A stretch of 64,000 nt of DNA from Euprymna scolopes (taxonomy: Eukaryota): NCBI GenBank assembly GCA_053919585.1, contig CM132785.1, one strand, 5' to 3'. This document shows positions 28,746 through 43,050 of the stretch, piece by piece. The notes beneath the pieces were generated by a model. It was not told the origin of the DNA and did not search any database. It was given only the letters and a program-made list of their open reading frames with translations. Each line of letters opens with the position of its first letter. Position 1 is the first letter of the stretch. Both the position numbers and the translations under genes were made by a program.

Positions 28746-31700
28746 GAAAGGGTGAGAGGGGAGAGATAGAGCAACTGTAGGCAAATGGTTCTTGTATAGC
28801 ATTTTTTTGTTATAAACTCATTTACTTGTATTTTCAAAATCAGATAACTTTTCTAATCTGTAACGTAATATGGTTTTCCTGAGTTTTACAAGCTCGCATA
28901 ACACGCAATATGCATCAATTAATGACAAAGAAATATTTGCGGCTCAAAGAAAGATGTAATTATCAAGCTCATTAATGCATTTACTTCACAAGTCGTTGTT
29001 ACTTGTTTGGGTCGCGCAGCCATAATTTCTTTAAGTAATAATTAAAATGTTAATTAAATATAATAATTAAATTAACTTCTTAGTAAAGTAACATATCCTT
29101 ACCAAATTCAGTTTGCAGTAACAAAAGTATTCTGGGCGTTGTTTGTGATAATTGCCTTGTAAAATTGTAGAAAAGATTAACGGGTCATTAAGTAATTTTT
29201 ATGGAATTTTGAATGAAAGTGTCATAAATACGCTCATTCTATCGAATAAGATAATGGTNNNNNNNNNNNNNNNNNNNNNNNNNNNNNNNNNNNNNNNNNN
29301 NNNNNNNNNNNNNNNNNNNNNNNNNNNNNNNNNNNNNNNNNNNNNNNNNNNNNNNNNNNNNNNNNNNNNNNNNNNNNNNNNNNNNNNNNNNNNNNNNNNN
29401 NNNNNNNCTTAAATCTATAATTAACCCTTTTCGAATAAAAAATTGGTTCAAATATAGGTTTAATATATATTAAATAATCTAACCTTTGCCGACGTCAGGT
29501 TCATCTAAGTTGACATCGATTTCTGGAACGTTCGCTTCAAAACCAGGAAGGCCGAGATTTATGCTTTGCTTAGCAAATATACCCAAAGTATTCGTGTCTT
29601 TTGTTTCGACAGAGACGTCTGGTAAATCGATTTCAGGAGATACGCGTGCTGATAAACAAAAACCGATTTTAGACAACAGTGTTAAAAACAGACAACTGTT
29701 TTCTAATTATGCCTTATGATATATAAAGTTTACAATATTTGCAAGCAGAAAGTGCTTTTAAAACTGAGAAAATTCGCTATTTAAATCAACTATTGATGTT
29801 TCATTTATAATTTATTTACAATCGATTTAACGTACAAATGTTATGGTTTTTTTATGAAAATGATTTTAACATATTAAAACATTGAATATGGTTCTCTAAC
29901 CTTTGAATTCACCTCGCAATTTTGCGAGGGCGTCCTTGGCATCGCGGAGCTCAAGTTCAGCTTCTGGATATTTGAGTTCATCTGCAATTCCAACTAGTTC
30001 TTCTAATTTAGGCAGATCATTTTTCTTTGCAGCTAAACGTAGTTGCTCACGCAGTGCTTCTGGTGACATGTCGACCAAAGTGATATCTAAGTCAAACAAT
30101 GAACACAGTTTTATTTTTACCTTAGAGACTTTTTTTTATTCTACTCTTTCTATATTTATGTGTAAGTAATGTAAATTATTATACACATTTACATTTTTTT
30201 GTCTCTAAAAAGACTTACATTTATATAAACGATGAATTCGAAATTAAATCTTTGATTATATATATTTTTTAGTTTGTACTAAAACGTTATCGTATTGTTT
30301 TATCAAGTCGGTGCAAAGAATTTTGCTGGTTTGTAGATTGAACATTTTAAACCAGCATATTTTGATGACGTTAAATGATTCATTTATAACATTTCTTTCA
30401 AATTATTAAAGCATCATTCAGATTTTTCTGCAATATTCTAATCCATGTTGAAGCGGGTTTCTTTACTCAACAAAAAAATTATCTGACATCATGATAACGC
30501 TCGTTTTTCACACATCAGTATTGACCAAAGGCATGAAAATTTGGTTGAGAAATTGTGTCTCATCATGCCTACTCTTCTCACTCAGATTATTACTTATTTC
30601 GAGGATTAAAAAATCAGTTAGGTGGTTTTAGGTTTACATAACGAGTTGAGATTGTACACGAGTTGGATTTAGATTCCATATTTAAACTTAAAACATTTTA
30701 CAAGTAAGGCATTTAGAAGTTCGATGAGGAATGGAATCAAGTTAAGAGAACCTAAATTTTGTTATTCTTTTCAAAAACACGTATTTTCATTTTCAAGATG
30801 ACATTATAAATCTGCAAAACTCTTTGCACCATCCTGATAATAATTTCCTCTTTCTGATTATGTATTAATGTTCGACACTACTCAAGTTCTATTTAATTTT
30901 AACGGAAATTGATTTCAAATTACGATTTAAATATGTTTTTACCAATCATATGTAGGTTATTCTTGTAATATTTCATAAACATTCATTATTATCATCAACA
31001 GAAAATATTCTAACCTGCACTTCCATGTTTCTTTCCGAACATACTGAACTTTGGAACTTTCATATGGAATCCAGGGAACGTGAAAGATCCTACGAATAGC
31101 AATAATTGTGATTTACAGTGGAGTTCGATAATTAAAAAATTGCTTAAAGGATTGATTAGCGAGTAAAATCTTTTTTATTCAATGTTTTATTAAATAATCA
31201 AAAATCAAGTTTATAAATATTTATATTTTAATTCATTTGAAAAATATTTAATATTTCCTCCATGTTAGATAACTTTTATTACATTTTAATATTAATTGCT
31301 AATCATAATTAACGATTTTATATAAAAATTTTCAAATTTAAATTTTGGATTACATTTTATTAAATAAAACCATTAAACGACAAGGAAAACGTAACTTTAT
31401 TGTCCCCAAAGTAATTAATAATTCTAATAGTATTAATATTATATACAGACAAACCTTTTCCACTTCCTTCTAGAGCATCAAGTTGAAGTCTGGCTTCTTG
31501 GATATCGGGGGAAAGTTCAGGGTGTCCAGAACTGATACATTCGGCTATTGTTTTCTCTAAAAGGGCTGCATCTTTTTTCTTGATGGCTTTCTTTAATTTC
31601 GAGCGAAGTTTATCTATACCCAATTTTCCTGAGAAGCAAAATGTATCAGCATGTATAATATAATGTATATCCCCATTTGAATATATAGCATGCGGCGGAA

Positions 31701-34700
31701 TTAGAGAAAATGTCGATTTTTCTTTTAAAATGTATACACTAGAATTGATGCCGATTAAAAAAACCTGATTAAACTATGTGACAACCAAAAGAGTAAAATA
31801 AACTAAAGATAGGATTGAATTAATTCAAAATTATTACATTACAATAGTAAAAATAATACAATTGCATTTAATGTATTAATTTACGTAATGACCAATGGAA
31901 ATGGTGGCGTTTAAATTAAAGTGTAAAATTTCAAATAATTATTTCACTTCATATGTTTCATTTATAATCAATAATATGTAAATTATTTTTGCGGAAGGTT
32001 TACATAAATACTACAATAATATACCGATCGCTTTTTATATAAGAAGCACAAAGTATACGAAAGGAATGGATACACTCTCATTCTTCAAAATAAACGGGAA
32101 AGTCAAAATCTATAAGAGTGCTATAAATAATTTACATCGTATGTACTAACCTCCACGGCCGAAGCCCATACCATCCAGAGTGTCTCTTGCCAGACGAAGA
32201 TCGAAAGAAAGTTCCGGATAGCCAGCTCTTTCGCATTCTATGATAGCCTTCTCTAATTGACTGCGGTTTTTATTTTTGATTGCTGCATTCAATTGTCCTC
32301 GGTAAAAGTCCGGTGATTTCAATTCTGGTTAACGCAATGAAAATTTACTTACAATGGTGTTTCCACAATATTAAATATTTACTCATTATTTATATGCTTG
32401 TATTTATGAGATAAAAAGTATTAACGATAGCTTACTATTCAATAAGATGTTTATACTGAAAATATATGATTATATAATGAATCTTCAGATTTCCATTTAT
32501 ATGTAATATTGTTTGTAAAACGAAAATAAAAAAATTGAGCCAAAATCTTCATAATGTACTTCCTTATTAGGTTAAAAAGGCGGTGCAGTAATAATCACAC
32601 AAAAGTTTTCTGACTATTTTTGTTTATAAAAATCATATAAAATTTTATTAGTGAAAGCTGTTGGCGGTCATTTTCGGCCTTATTAACGTCTATGGACAAG
32701 GGACATAACTTGAAATTTAACTCAACCGATGTTGAGAATATATTTCTAAATTTTCACGGGATTTATATTTTTAAAACAACAATACAGGCTTAATTTGCGT
32801 AAAAATGTGCACACAGTCTTTTTTAACAGAACAGGTGAGTATATAATAAAGTTTTTTGTGCCGTTTAATTTCTTAGATATTGTGGTCGGTTTGGAAAAGC
32901 ATTAATTACATTTATTAGTTGAATTGTATTAAAATTGCTTTAAAATTCATTGAAATGTTTACCTCTTAAATATATGCTTACATTTATAAGTTGAAATGAA
33001 TTAACAATATATTTACTATTCAATTTAATTATTTTCCTTTAAATCCATTATTACATAAATTAGTTTAAATGGGTTAAAAATAAAATTAAAATTCTAAAAT
33101 GTATGTGGCTAATTAAAATTCGAAGATAATACTGTAAACAAAAATTAAGATTCAATAGTTATTGTAATATTCGATACTTGTTATATAATTTATACGTAGT
33201 CCAGTTTGAATATGTTAGTTAATAATTATATTATTAATAATTACAATTAAAATATATTGATAAACGTTATTAATAGAATATTCCAGTATCAGTAATATCA
33301 AGTAACAGTGAAGCCGGATTTATTAAAACGTGACCATTTATTTGTTTAAAACATTTGCAATATAATTCATATAGATAATTATATATAGAAACATTTTAAA
33401 TTATTTCACTAATATATGCGACAGAAAGTTACAAATAAATTATAAAGTAAAACCGTTACTAATGAAGCATCTTTCTTCGATAACTCCCTTTGAATATATG
33501 TAAAAACACAAGATATGCATTATTTTTATAGCATGTCTATGTTGTTAATATTTTATCATACTATTTTTAACTTTTATAGAAATTTGTATTCAAATGTGTA
33601 CTCTAACCTCCTTTGCCACCTTCCAATGCAAATAGGGCGAGTCTGGACTGGTGAATATCGGCATCGAGACCAGGAAGGCCGAGATAGATGCTGTCTTGAA
33701 TGGTTGCATCCAAGAGTTTCTTGTCTTTTGATTTCAACGCTTCATTATGCAGTTGGCGCGCTTCATCCAATGTGATACTTCCTGATAATCGAAATATATA
33801 TTTTTTGATGAAATCAACCACACTTTATCACACAGTTAAATCGATATATTGATGGATTTATGACATAATTATCCAGAATAATTTTCAATCTCTTTACAGA
33901 ATATATTTAGTTTTACCTCACATAAAAAAACAATTAACAGATTTCCATCTGTCTATTAATAAATGAATATTTACTTCAATCATATTACATTAATAATATA
34001 TTATTGTTTTATATAATTCAGAAGTTATAAGAACAGAAACATAGTATTTGTTATTCTAACCTCCATATCCGCCTCCGAATTTGAAGAGTGCTTCGCGGGC
34101 ATCACAGATATCGAACGCTAGTTCTGGATATTTTGCTTCTTCGGCAATGTCAATAAGTTGTTCTAATTTCGGGCGGTCATTGTTCTTCACAGCTAAACGC
34201 AGTTGATCACGCAGTGTATCCGGTGACATGTCGTCCAGAGAGATATCTATGTAAAAGCATGTTTCAGTCGTATTATATACGTATATTTACTTCAGGAAAA
34301 AAACACAAAATATAGTATAATAAATATTTATATTAACTATATTTAAATATTAATTCATTATTTTTAAATATACTCTTATTCGTAATTCGAATATCGATAC
34401 ATTATTTGACATTAAATCTTAAAAAGTAATAACGTTATTCATCATAAATGAATTTATATCTTTATATTACAAAAGTTTAGTATATATACTTTAATTTATA
34501 TAAATTCTGACAATATAAATTCGTAAATACGTATTGCTAAGTAACAATGAATATTTAATTTTATTCTCTCTACTTTAATAAATTCTTGACGATTTGATAA
34601 AATATTAAGACATTTTAAATGTAAGTATTGTCTAGACTTAACACAAAGAAAACGTCATCAACAGTCCCTGCTTCAAATTGTGATTGGATTATTTTTTCCG

Positions 34701-35016
34701 GAATTTATTATCCATGATAAGGTTTAATTTAAAATGAGCACATGTATAAAATGATGCTAACCTGTATCTCCATATTTCTTACGGAACAAACTGAACTTTG
34801 GAAGTTTCATATGGAACTGTGGAAACGACCATGATCCTGATGATCAAAATGTAATAACGTTATTAGGGTTAGAATAAAGGAATTATTTATTTAGCGTAAA
34901 TGTGCAAATATTACCATGTAATTTATATGAATAACATAGTTAATGTTTTGTTTTTATTTGTTCATAGTACATATTCAGGAAAATAAGGTGAAGTTATTAA
35001 TTACTTTTAATTAATC

Positions 35017-35067
<51 letters not shown>

Positions 35068-35648
35068 TATATATGTATGTATATATATGTAGTAAGTAGT
35101 TAAAGATAAATTCTCGAAATGTTTAACTTGTAAAATAAAATAAACGATTCATTAAATAAAATAAAATAAATTAAATAAAATTTAATAAAATTAAAGAGTC
35201 ATTAAAAAAATAATTTATTTTTAATTGTTATTGCTTTTTAATAAATCATCAAATATGGACCCAAACGTTAAATTAATACGATTAGAACAAACCTTTGCCA
35301 TCATCGTCAAGAGTATCCAGTTGAATTCTGGCTTCTTTGATAGTAGGAGCCAGTTCCGGATATCCAGAACTGACACATTCGTCTATTACTTTCCTTAGAA
35401 GTTCTGGCTCGTTTTTCTTCATTGTGTTCTCTAGTTTCAGGCGTAGTTTATCTACACTCATTTTTCCTGGCAAACAAGATGATCCATTGATAACACGGTA
35501 TATATATAACAGAGTAGAAACGGAAGTAACGAGAATATAAAGAGTAGAAAATATTTAACAAAAAAGTTAAGATTTGAATCAGAGCATATAAGTTAATACA
35601 CTAATGTGTATCAAATTAGAGGGGCTATATTGACTATAAAAACAAAAG

Positions 35649-35717
<69 letters not shown>

Positions 35718-38700
35718 GAGTTTTAAAATGAATAATGGTGTATAATTATATAAATATTAAATAATATTTATTCGGTAAATGATCAAGATCAATTCGATTA
35801 CAAGTACATATAACTATTAAGGAAATCATTTCGATCCATAGCTAATACCCGGGCAACAGCGGAATAGCATAAGGCAACAGGATTCTGATATTTCGGTATA
35901 AGTTGTTTTTTTGTAAGTAAATCTTGTTATATACTTTTTAAAAATAAAAACAAAGAATGAAATATGGATTTTAAGTTGATAAGTATTTTTCATGTACGTG
36001 CGTTTGTATTAACTGATAATTATAGGCTCTGATAATTAAAATATCGATTTCATTACAGTAATCAATTTATAGGGGACGATATTAAAATGCTACCCGGTGC
36101 ACTTTTGACAATATGAATCCTGACAAAAAGGAATTTGTTGAAAAGGGCAATATAAAAATATTTATAAAATAATCAAGTGATATGCCGAAGCATGGAATCG
36201 ACTAAATGTTTAATCAAAAAAGACATAATTTTATTCGCTCCATATTTTCCATGAACAGATCCCTTCTCATGTAATTAGTTCGAAAGCTCGATTAAGTTTT
36301 ACGAGAAGAAATACATATTTGTAAGAGTAGAAATGCATATTTATAAATACATATTTTATTTTAATCTTTTAAGTATATACTGGTGCATTTTACGACATAT
36401 TTATGAATATAACAATCCGTATGAATAATATAATGATCATCATAGATTAATATTCGAATACAAATTAGTTACACAAAAATAGTTATGATTTTGCATAAAA
36501 CATACTTATTTAAGAACAGTTTAAGGTATATAGATGAACACTAGGACAAACCATGATATTAATTAAGGAAGCGATATTATGGAGAATACTAAATTACAAA
36601 GACAATACTCTTATAAATCTGATAATACTGACCTCCACGACCAAAGCCCATGCCGTCTAGTGCATCTCTGGCCAATTTGAGATCGAAAGAAAGCTCCGGA
36701 AATCCGGCTTTCTCACATGCAAGGATGGCTTTTTCCAATTGAGCCCGATCTTTGTTTTTGATTGCTGCTCTTAGTTTCTCACGGTGAAAGTCCGGGGTTT
36801 TCAGTTCTGATTAATGCAATTGATATTTAAAATTATTTAATCACTAACAAGACGATGTTCGTTATATCCATTACTTAGTAGAAAATAAATAAAAATAAAT
36901 GAATTGGTAATTATTAATTACACTGAGCCACATAAATATATTCACACAGATAATTACATATTGGTTTTCAGAAATATATCAATATATGATATAATTTACA
37001 ATAGTAATAGAAAAGTAATTCATACTGTATTTCATGATTTTTAACTAAAATATAGATACCAACAGATTATTACAATATGTGTGTAAGAAGCGAGTAGGCT
37101 AACCTCCTTTTCCGCCATCCAGTTTAAATGAAGTTGATCTTAATTGGTGGATATCAGCATCTAATCCAGGAAGACCGAGATAAACGCTGTCCCTAATAAT
37201 TGCATCCAAATGACTCCCATTTTTTGATTTCAATGCTGCTTTATGACGTTCTCGTAAATCGTCCACGGAAATTTCTCCTAATAATTGAAAGTCGATTCAT
37301 ATGAAAATATGAAATAAAATACCATTTCAAATTATTCAAATGTATATGTTTTATAATTAATTATTAAAAAAAATGTAAATTCAAATATTATTACATGTTC
37401 GTTTACTTCGATGTAATTTGTAAATATAGCTTAATGAATTAATGAATATAATTCAAGATATTAAAGTTTTAATACATATAAAACGAGCTGTTATTATTAT
37501 TATTATGATAATATGATTATAAAATATTAATATAACTCATAAATTATCATCTTTTTAATCTAACCTCCATATCCGCCTCCCAATTTGAAGAGTGCTTCCC
37601 TGGCCTCACAGAGATCGAACGCCAGTTCTGGATACTTGGCTTCCTCGGCAATGTCAATAAGTTGTTCTAATTTCGGTCGGTCATTGTTCTTCACAGCTAA
37701 ACGCAGTTGGTCACGTAATGTTTCTGGTGTCAAATCGTCCAGAGATATATCTATTCAAAATCAAATTGAAATAGCCATAATTATATATCCTATTACTACG
37801 ATGATATAATACAATTATTAATAATCTATATTATAAGAAAGTGTATAGTTCATAAGTTATTAATGGCCTGCGTTATCCGTATGTTTGCATACGAATATAC
37901 ATTACATTTTATCTTTGCATCTTTTATCTTTGTAAGTTTAAACATGTAGATTTAAACCTTGTCATTTTTAATATCATAGATTTACGTATTATAGAATTAA
38001 ATATTGTGGGTGTAAATATTGTAGATAAAAACATTGTCGAGTAAAACATAAATGTTAATAATTAAGCATTTTGATTAATATGTAAAATTACTGTATGGTT
38101 TTTCGATTCTGTGTGTGTATGTGTGTGTGTGAGGGGTGTATTCAATAGTGTTTTTAAATCTATCAGAATATACGAGAGAAATAATGAATTGCTTACATAA
38201 TTTTTCTGTATTCAGTATATAATATTCAGAGAATATATTTTTAGTTTTTATTTTAAAGTAATTTATCAATAAAATGTTGCAAACCTGTATCTCCATATTT
38301 CTTTCGGAATAAACTGAACTTTGGAAGTTTCATTTGGAATTGTGGAAGCGACCATGATCCTGATATTCAAAATGTAATTAATATTATACAATAATAAATT
38401 TAATTGTTGGTGACGGTTTTTAAATAGTTGCATGTTTATCTAAAAACACCGGAATAAAATAATTCATTAATACTGTAAAATAAATTACTATTATGTCTTT
38501 GAGTTCTTTAATCTTATTGAAATATATGTATATTATTAAATACATTTACCTGGTGTGTGTGATCGATTATTATTTAAATAGTTTTAGTTTTAGACAATAT
38601 AATTACAGATTATATTTGCTTGAGGATTGATACTTTAATCAATGTTTCTATGTAGATGAAATGTAAAGGTGCAAACTCGATATTAAAAACGTATCTAACC

Positions 38701-39250
38701 TTCAACATCTGCTTTCATTTTTGGAAGTGCTTCACGCGCCTCTTTAAGGTCAAGTTCAAGTTCCGGATATTGAGCTTTCTCGGCCTCCAAGATAAGCTTT
38801 TCAAGTGCAGGTCTATCATTGTTCTTCATAGCCAACCTCAGTTGGCCACGTAGATCTTCAGGAGACATCAATTCGATTGTAACGTCTGGATAAAATTATT
38901 AGTTTTTTGTAGTTTTATATTAAAAATTGACTAATATATATTAGAAAAATCGTTTTATACGTTTTATTATTAAATGTAAGTGCATATAAACATTAAAATT
39001 AAATAACCTGCGTGTTTGCTATTTATCTATAATTACGTTAATATGCTCATTAACGCCATTATTAGTAAACTATATATAAATAATATGCATAATAAATTAT
39101 TATAAGTATATTTTAGGTGTAATTACAATTTGTCGAATTATTTCTTTTTACTTTCATTTTGACATTAGGCTATAGTAGTTTAATGAACTCAATTATATAG
39201 ATAACCAATTCTAAAACTATCTGTAAACATGAGCTTATTCAATGTATGCG

Positions 39251-39326
<76 letters not shown>

Positions 39327-42300
39327 GATTGCAACGGCTTCTTAGACGAGTGTCACTCTCTCAGTCACTGAAAAGCCATGAGCCTGAAGATGACTTTTTA
39401 GTCCTGCCAGCGACTTTCACACCTTCAAGCAGACATAACACTAAAGACNNNNNNNNNNNNNNNNNNNNNNNNNNNNNNNNNNNNNNNNNNNNNNNNNNNN
39501 NNNNNNNNNNNNNNNNNNNNNNNNNNNNNNNNNNNNNNNNNNNNNNNNNNNNNNNNNNNNNNNNNNNNNNNNNNNNNNNNNNNNNNNNNNNNNNNNNNNN
39601 NNNNNNNNNNNNNNNNNNNNNNNNNNNNNNNNNNNNNNNNNNNNNNNNNNNNNNNNNNNNNNNNNNNNNNNNNNNNNNNNNNNNNNNNNNNNNNNNNNNN
39701 NNNNNNNNNNNNNNNNNNNNNNNNNNNACATAGTAACATTGAACCGTTATTCATTAATATAAGTTTTCTATTAATAATCCAAGTGTAATGCATATTATGT
39801 AAGTATTTCATAATTATATAATATATATTCCATATTAATTAATTATTTAAATTTTACGTTTCGATAAATAAAACTCCATTTTATTTCACTCCATTTAGTA
39901 TATAATTTTCAGTACATTAGATTGACAATTGTTACAGTAAAATGATGTTATATTACTTAAATCCTATTATACAGCTTTTTATCACCTAATACTATTTTTA
40001 ATTTTATAAGCTTTAAATTAAAATTGCATGTTATATTAACAGACAGTTGAAATCAAAGTTTTATTTTACTTAAGATAAGACTTAATCCAATAAAAATGAT
40101 CCATTTTTGAATGGATACCACGTTCATATAAATCTCTCATATTAGTATCTCATAGTTTTCTACATAAGAACAGTCTAAAAATAACATCTCAGAATTATAT
40201 GAAGACTTCGAATACTAAACGCAATAAATGCCATTTTTAGTTATAACTACATAAATTTGTTGATCATTTTGTAGTTTGATATAAAAAAAAAAATGAAGAA
40301 TCAGTTGCATTTTCACACTCGACCCCAAAATCATGTTTTACATAATATGATACTAACATATTTTTCTTAATTTAAATAAGCTTTTAGTTGAAGTCTAGTT
40401 TTTGATATTCATCCTTGTGTGATTTAATATCGCAACTCAATTTCACTGGATTTATCGCGTATCGCATTCAAACTTTTTGAATCTGAACAACTTAATGTTT
40501 TATTAATTTATTATTTAAAATTAAAAGATGTATGTTTGTTGTAAGTATTATGTATGCATTTAAAATTTTAACATAGCGAACCTTTATCTTTTTTCTTCTT
40601 AGAGAAAAGTCCAAAGCTGGGCATTTTGATATTGATGTCTGGGAATGACAGTGATCCTGGTGACCAAAATGAGATATTTTTAAATGACACGAAAAAAAAA
40701 TAAAACTGATTGAAAATTTGATTTACATTAATTTAAAAAATAAAAATTACTATTCATTCGTTTGATAATAAATGAATTAAATTCCGAAAATGTCATGATT
40801 TAAATAACATAAAACTTTACAGATGAAAACGGGAACATAATTTACCCATGAGAGCCGTATTTCTGTAAATATATTGCATAGATTATAAATGATTGCAATA
40901 ATTTATAAAAGAATTATCAGTGGCTGTAAATGGTGAAAACAAACCTTTGCCGCTTGCTTCCAAATTATCCAGATGTAATCTGGCTTGTTCGATATTTGGC
41001 ATAAGTTCTGGGTGTCCGTAACTGACACATTCGTCAATCACTTTCGCCAGAAATTCTGGATCATTTTTCTGGATTGCGCCATTCAGTTTCAGTTTAAGGT
41101 CATCTACAGTCAATTTTCCTGATAGACAAAAAATACCTATGTCTTAGATATTTACGCCTTTTCCACTTTAACTCGATTAGATGTATTTAAATGAATAAAT
41201 GTATAATATTCCTTATGTAAAAATAGAGTTAATCAAAGAAATATTTACAAATATAATTTTACTTCTGTATTATATGAAATGACGTGTCGAATTACAGTTA
41301 TATGATAAATTATTTATTTTTCACTTATTTTATTGAATTAATATAGAAAATTATAGTGATACGAGAAATAATGAATATTTTGATGTTTATACATAACGAT
41401 TTTAATATAAATGTTATTTCAAAGATATTTAACCTCTTTATGTAAGTTATCACATAATAATTAGCAGGTTTAACTGGAAATCAATCATCATTTTAAAACA
41501 AAATTACTTTACCACATTAGCGGATGATTTAAGAAACCCTAACACAGATTGCGTATTCATGGATGGTTATGAAGAATGATATATTAAAATGAATTTATTA
41601 CGAACTTCAAAAATACGAACCTCCACGACCAAAGCCCATACCGTTCAGGGTGTCTCTAGCCAAACTGAGATCGAGAGCAAGTTCCGGAAATCCGGCTTCC
41701 TCGCATTCAATAATGGCTTTTTCCAACTGAAGTTTGTCTTTGTTTTTGATTGCTGCTCTCAATTGGCCCCGAAGAAAGTCCGGTGTTTTAAGATCTGATT
41801 AATGTAATTAATTGGGAATCAGAATTCTATAGATTTAATAACATTTCGGAATTATGTTAAGATGTCTTCATAGGATCAAAGATCTTTTAAAACTGTAATT
41901 CACATTTATAAATATTTAACTTATGTTTAAAGTTAATGTAAAGTATTAATCAGAATAATACTTATATCCGTTAAAATTACAGATTATTTTATACGCAAAT
42001 ATTTGCTTTTTGTTAGAAAAGTTATATTTAAATTCCTCTCTGTAAATGTCGTAGTAAATGATTTAAATTATTTAAGACAATTAAAACATAATTATAAAGT
42101 AAAAAAATTACATTATGTCGATAAATAAATTATGAAAATTCCATTCTTATACATAAATATATATAAGATTAATATGCATATTTCCTATATGATGTAAAGG
42201 TTACTAAAAGTGTAATATTATATTAAAACCTTTAGAAATATTCTAACCTCCTTTTCCGCCTTCCAGTTTAAATAAGGCAAGTCTGGACTTGTGGATATCG

Positions 42301-43018
42301 GCATCGAGTCCAGGAAGACCAAGACTGATGCTGTCTCTAATGGTTGCATCCAAAAGTTTCTTATCTTTTGCTTTCAATGCTGCTTTATGCCGTTTACGTA
42401 GATCGTCCACGGAAATTTCTCCTAATAATGGAAAGTCGACTTAATTAAGAATAGAATAATGAACAGATCCTACAAATATATTAATTTGGGGGTGTTTAAT
42501 ATTAAATAACTTCAAAAATTAGGTATTAGTTGCAATACCTTAGGTCGTGTATTATTTTATATACTTCATAGTTTTTACGTATATAATTAAAGGATTAAAA
42601 TTTAAATATAAGTTAAACGAATAATTATAATAATGTACTTGTAAAATATGAAATTTCAAATTAGTAAATAATTATTTTGTTAATCTAACCTCCATATCCG
42701 CCTCCCAATTTGAAGAGTGCTTCCCTGGCCTCACAGAGATCGAACGCCAGTTCTGGATACTTGGCTTCCTCAGCAATGTCAATAAGTTGTTCTAATTTCT
42801 GTCGGTCTTTGTTCTTCGCAGCTAAGCGCAGTTGGTCACGCAATGCTTCTGGTGTCAAATCGTCCAAAGATATGTCTATTCAAAAGCAGATTTAAATACT
42901 CAGAAATATATTTCTATATCGTTATTAGTGAAATTAATACGAATTAATATGCATCGTAAATTATCTAATGTGAAACTCCCATTTATATCAATTATTAATC
43001 GCTTAAAATGTATATCTT

Positions 43019-43050
<32 letters not shown>

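Noticed and set aside
39326-39448. GC-richer fragment with CCTGAAGATG beside a gap, possibly a retroelement end
   Set aside because: Too short and truncated by the gap to classify.
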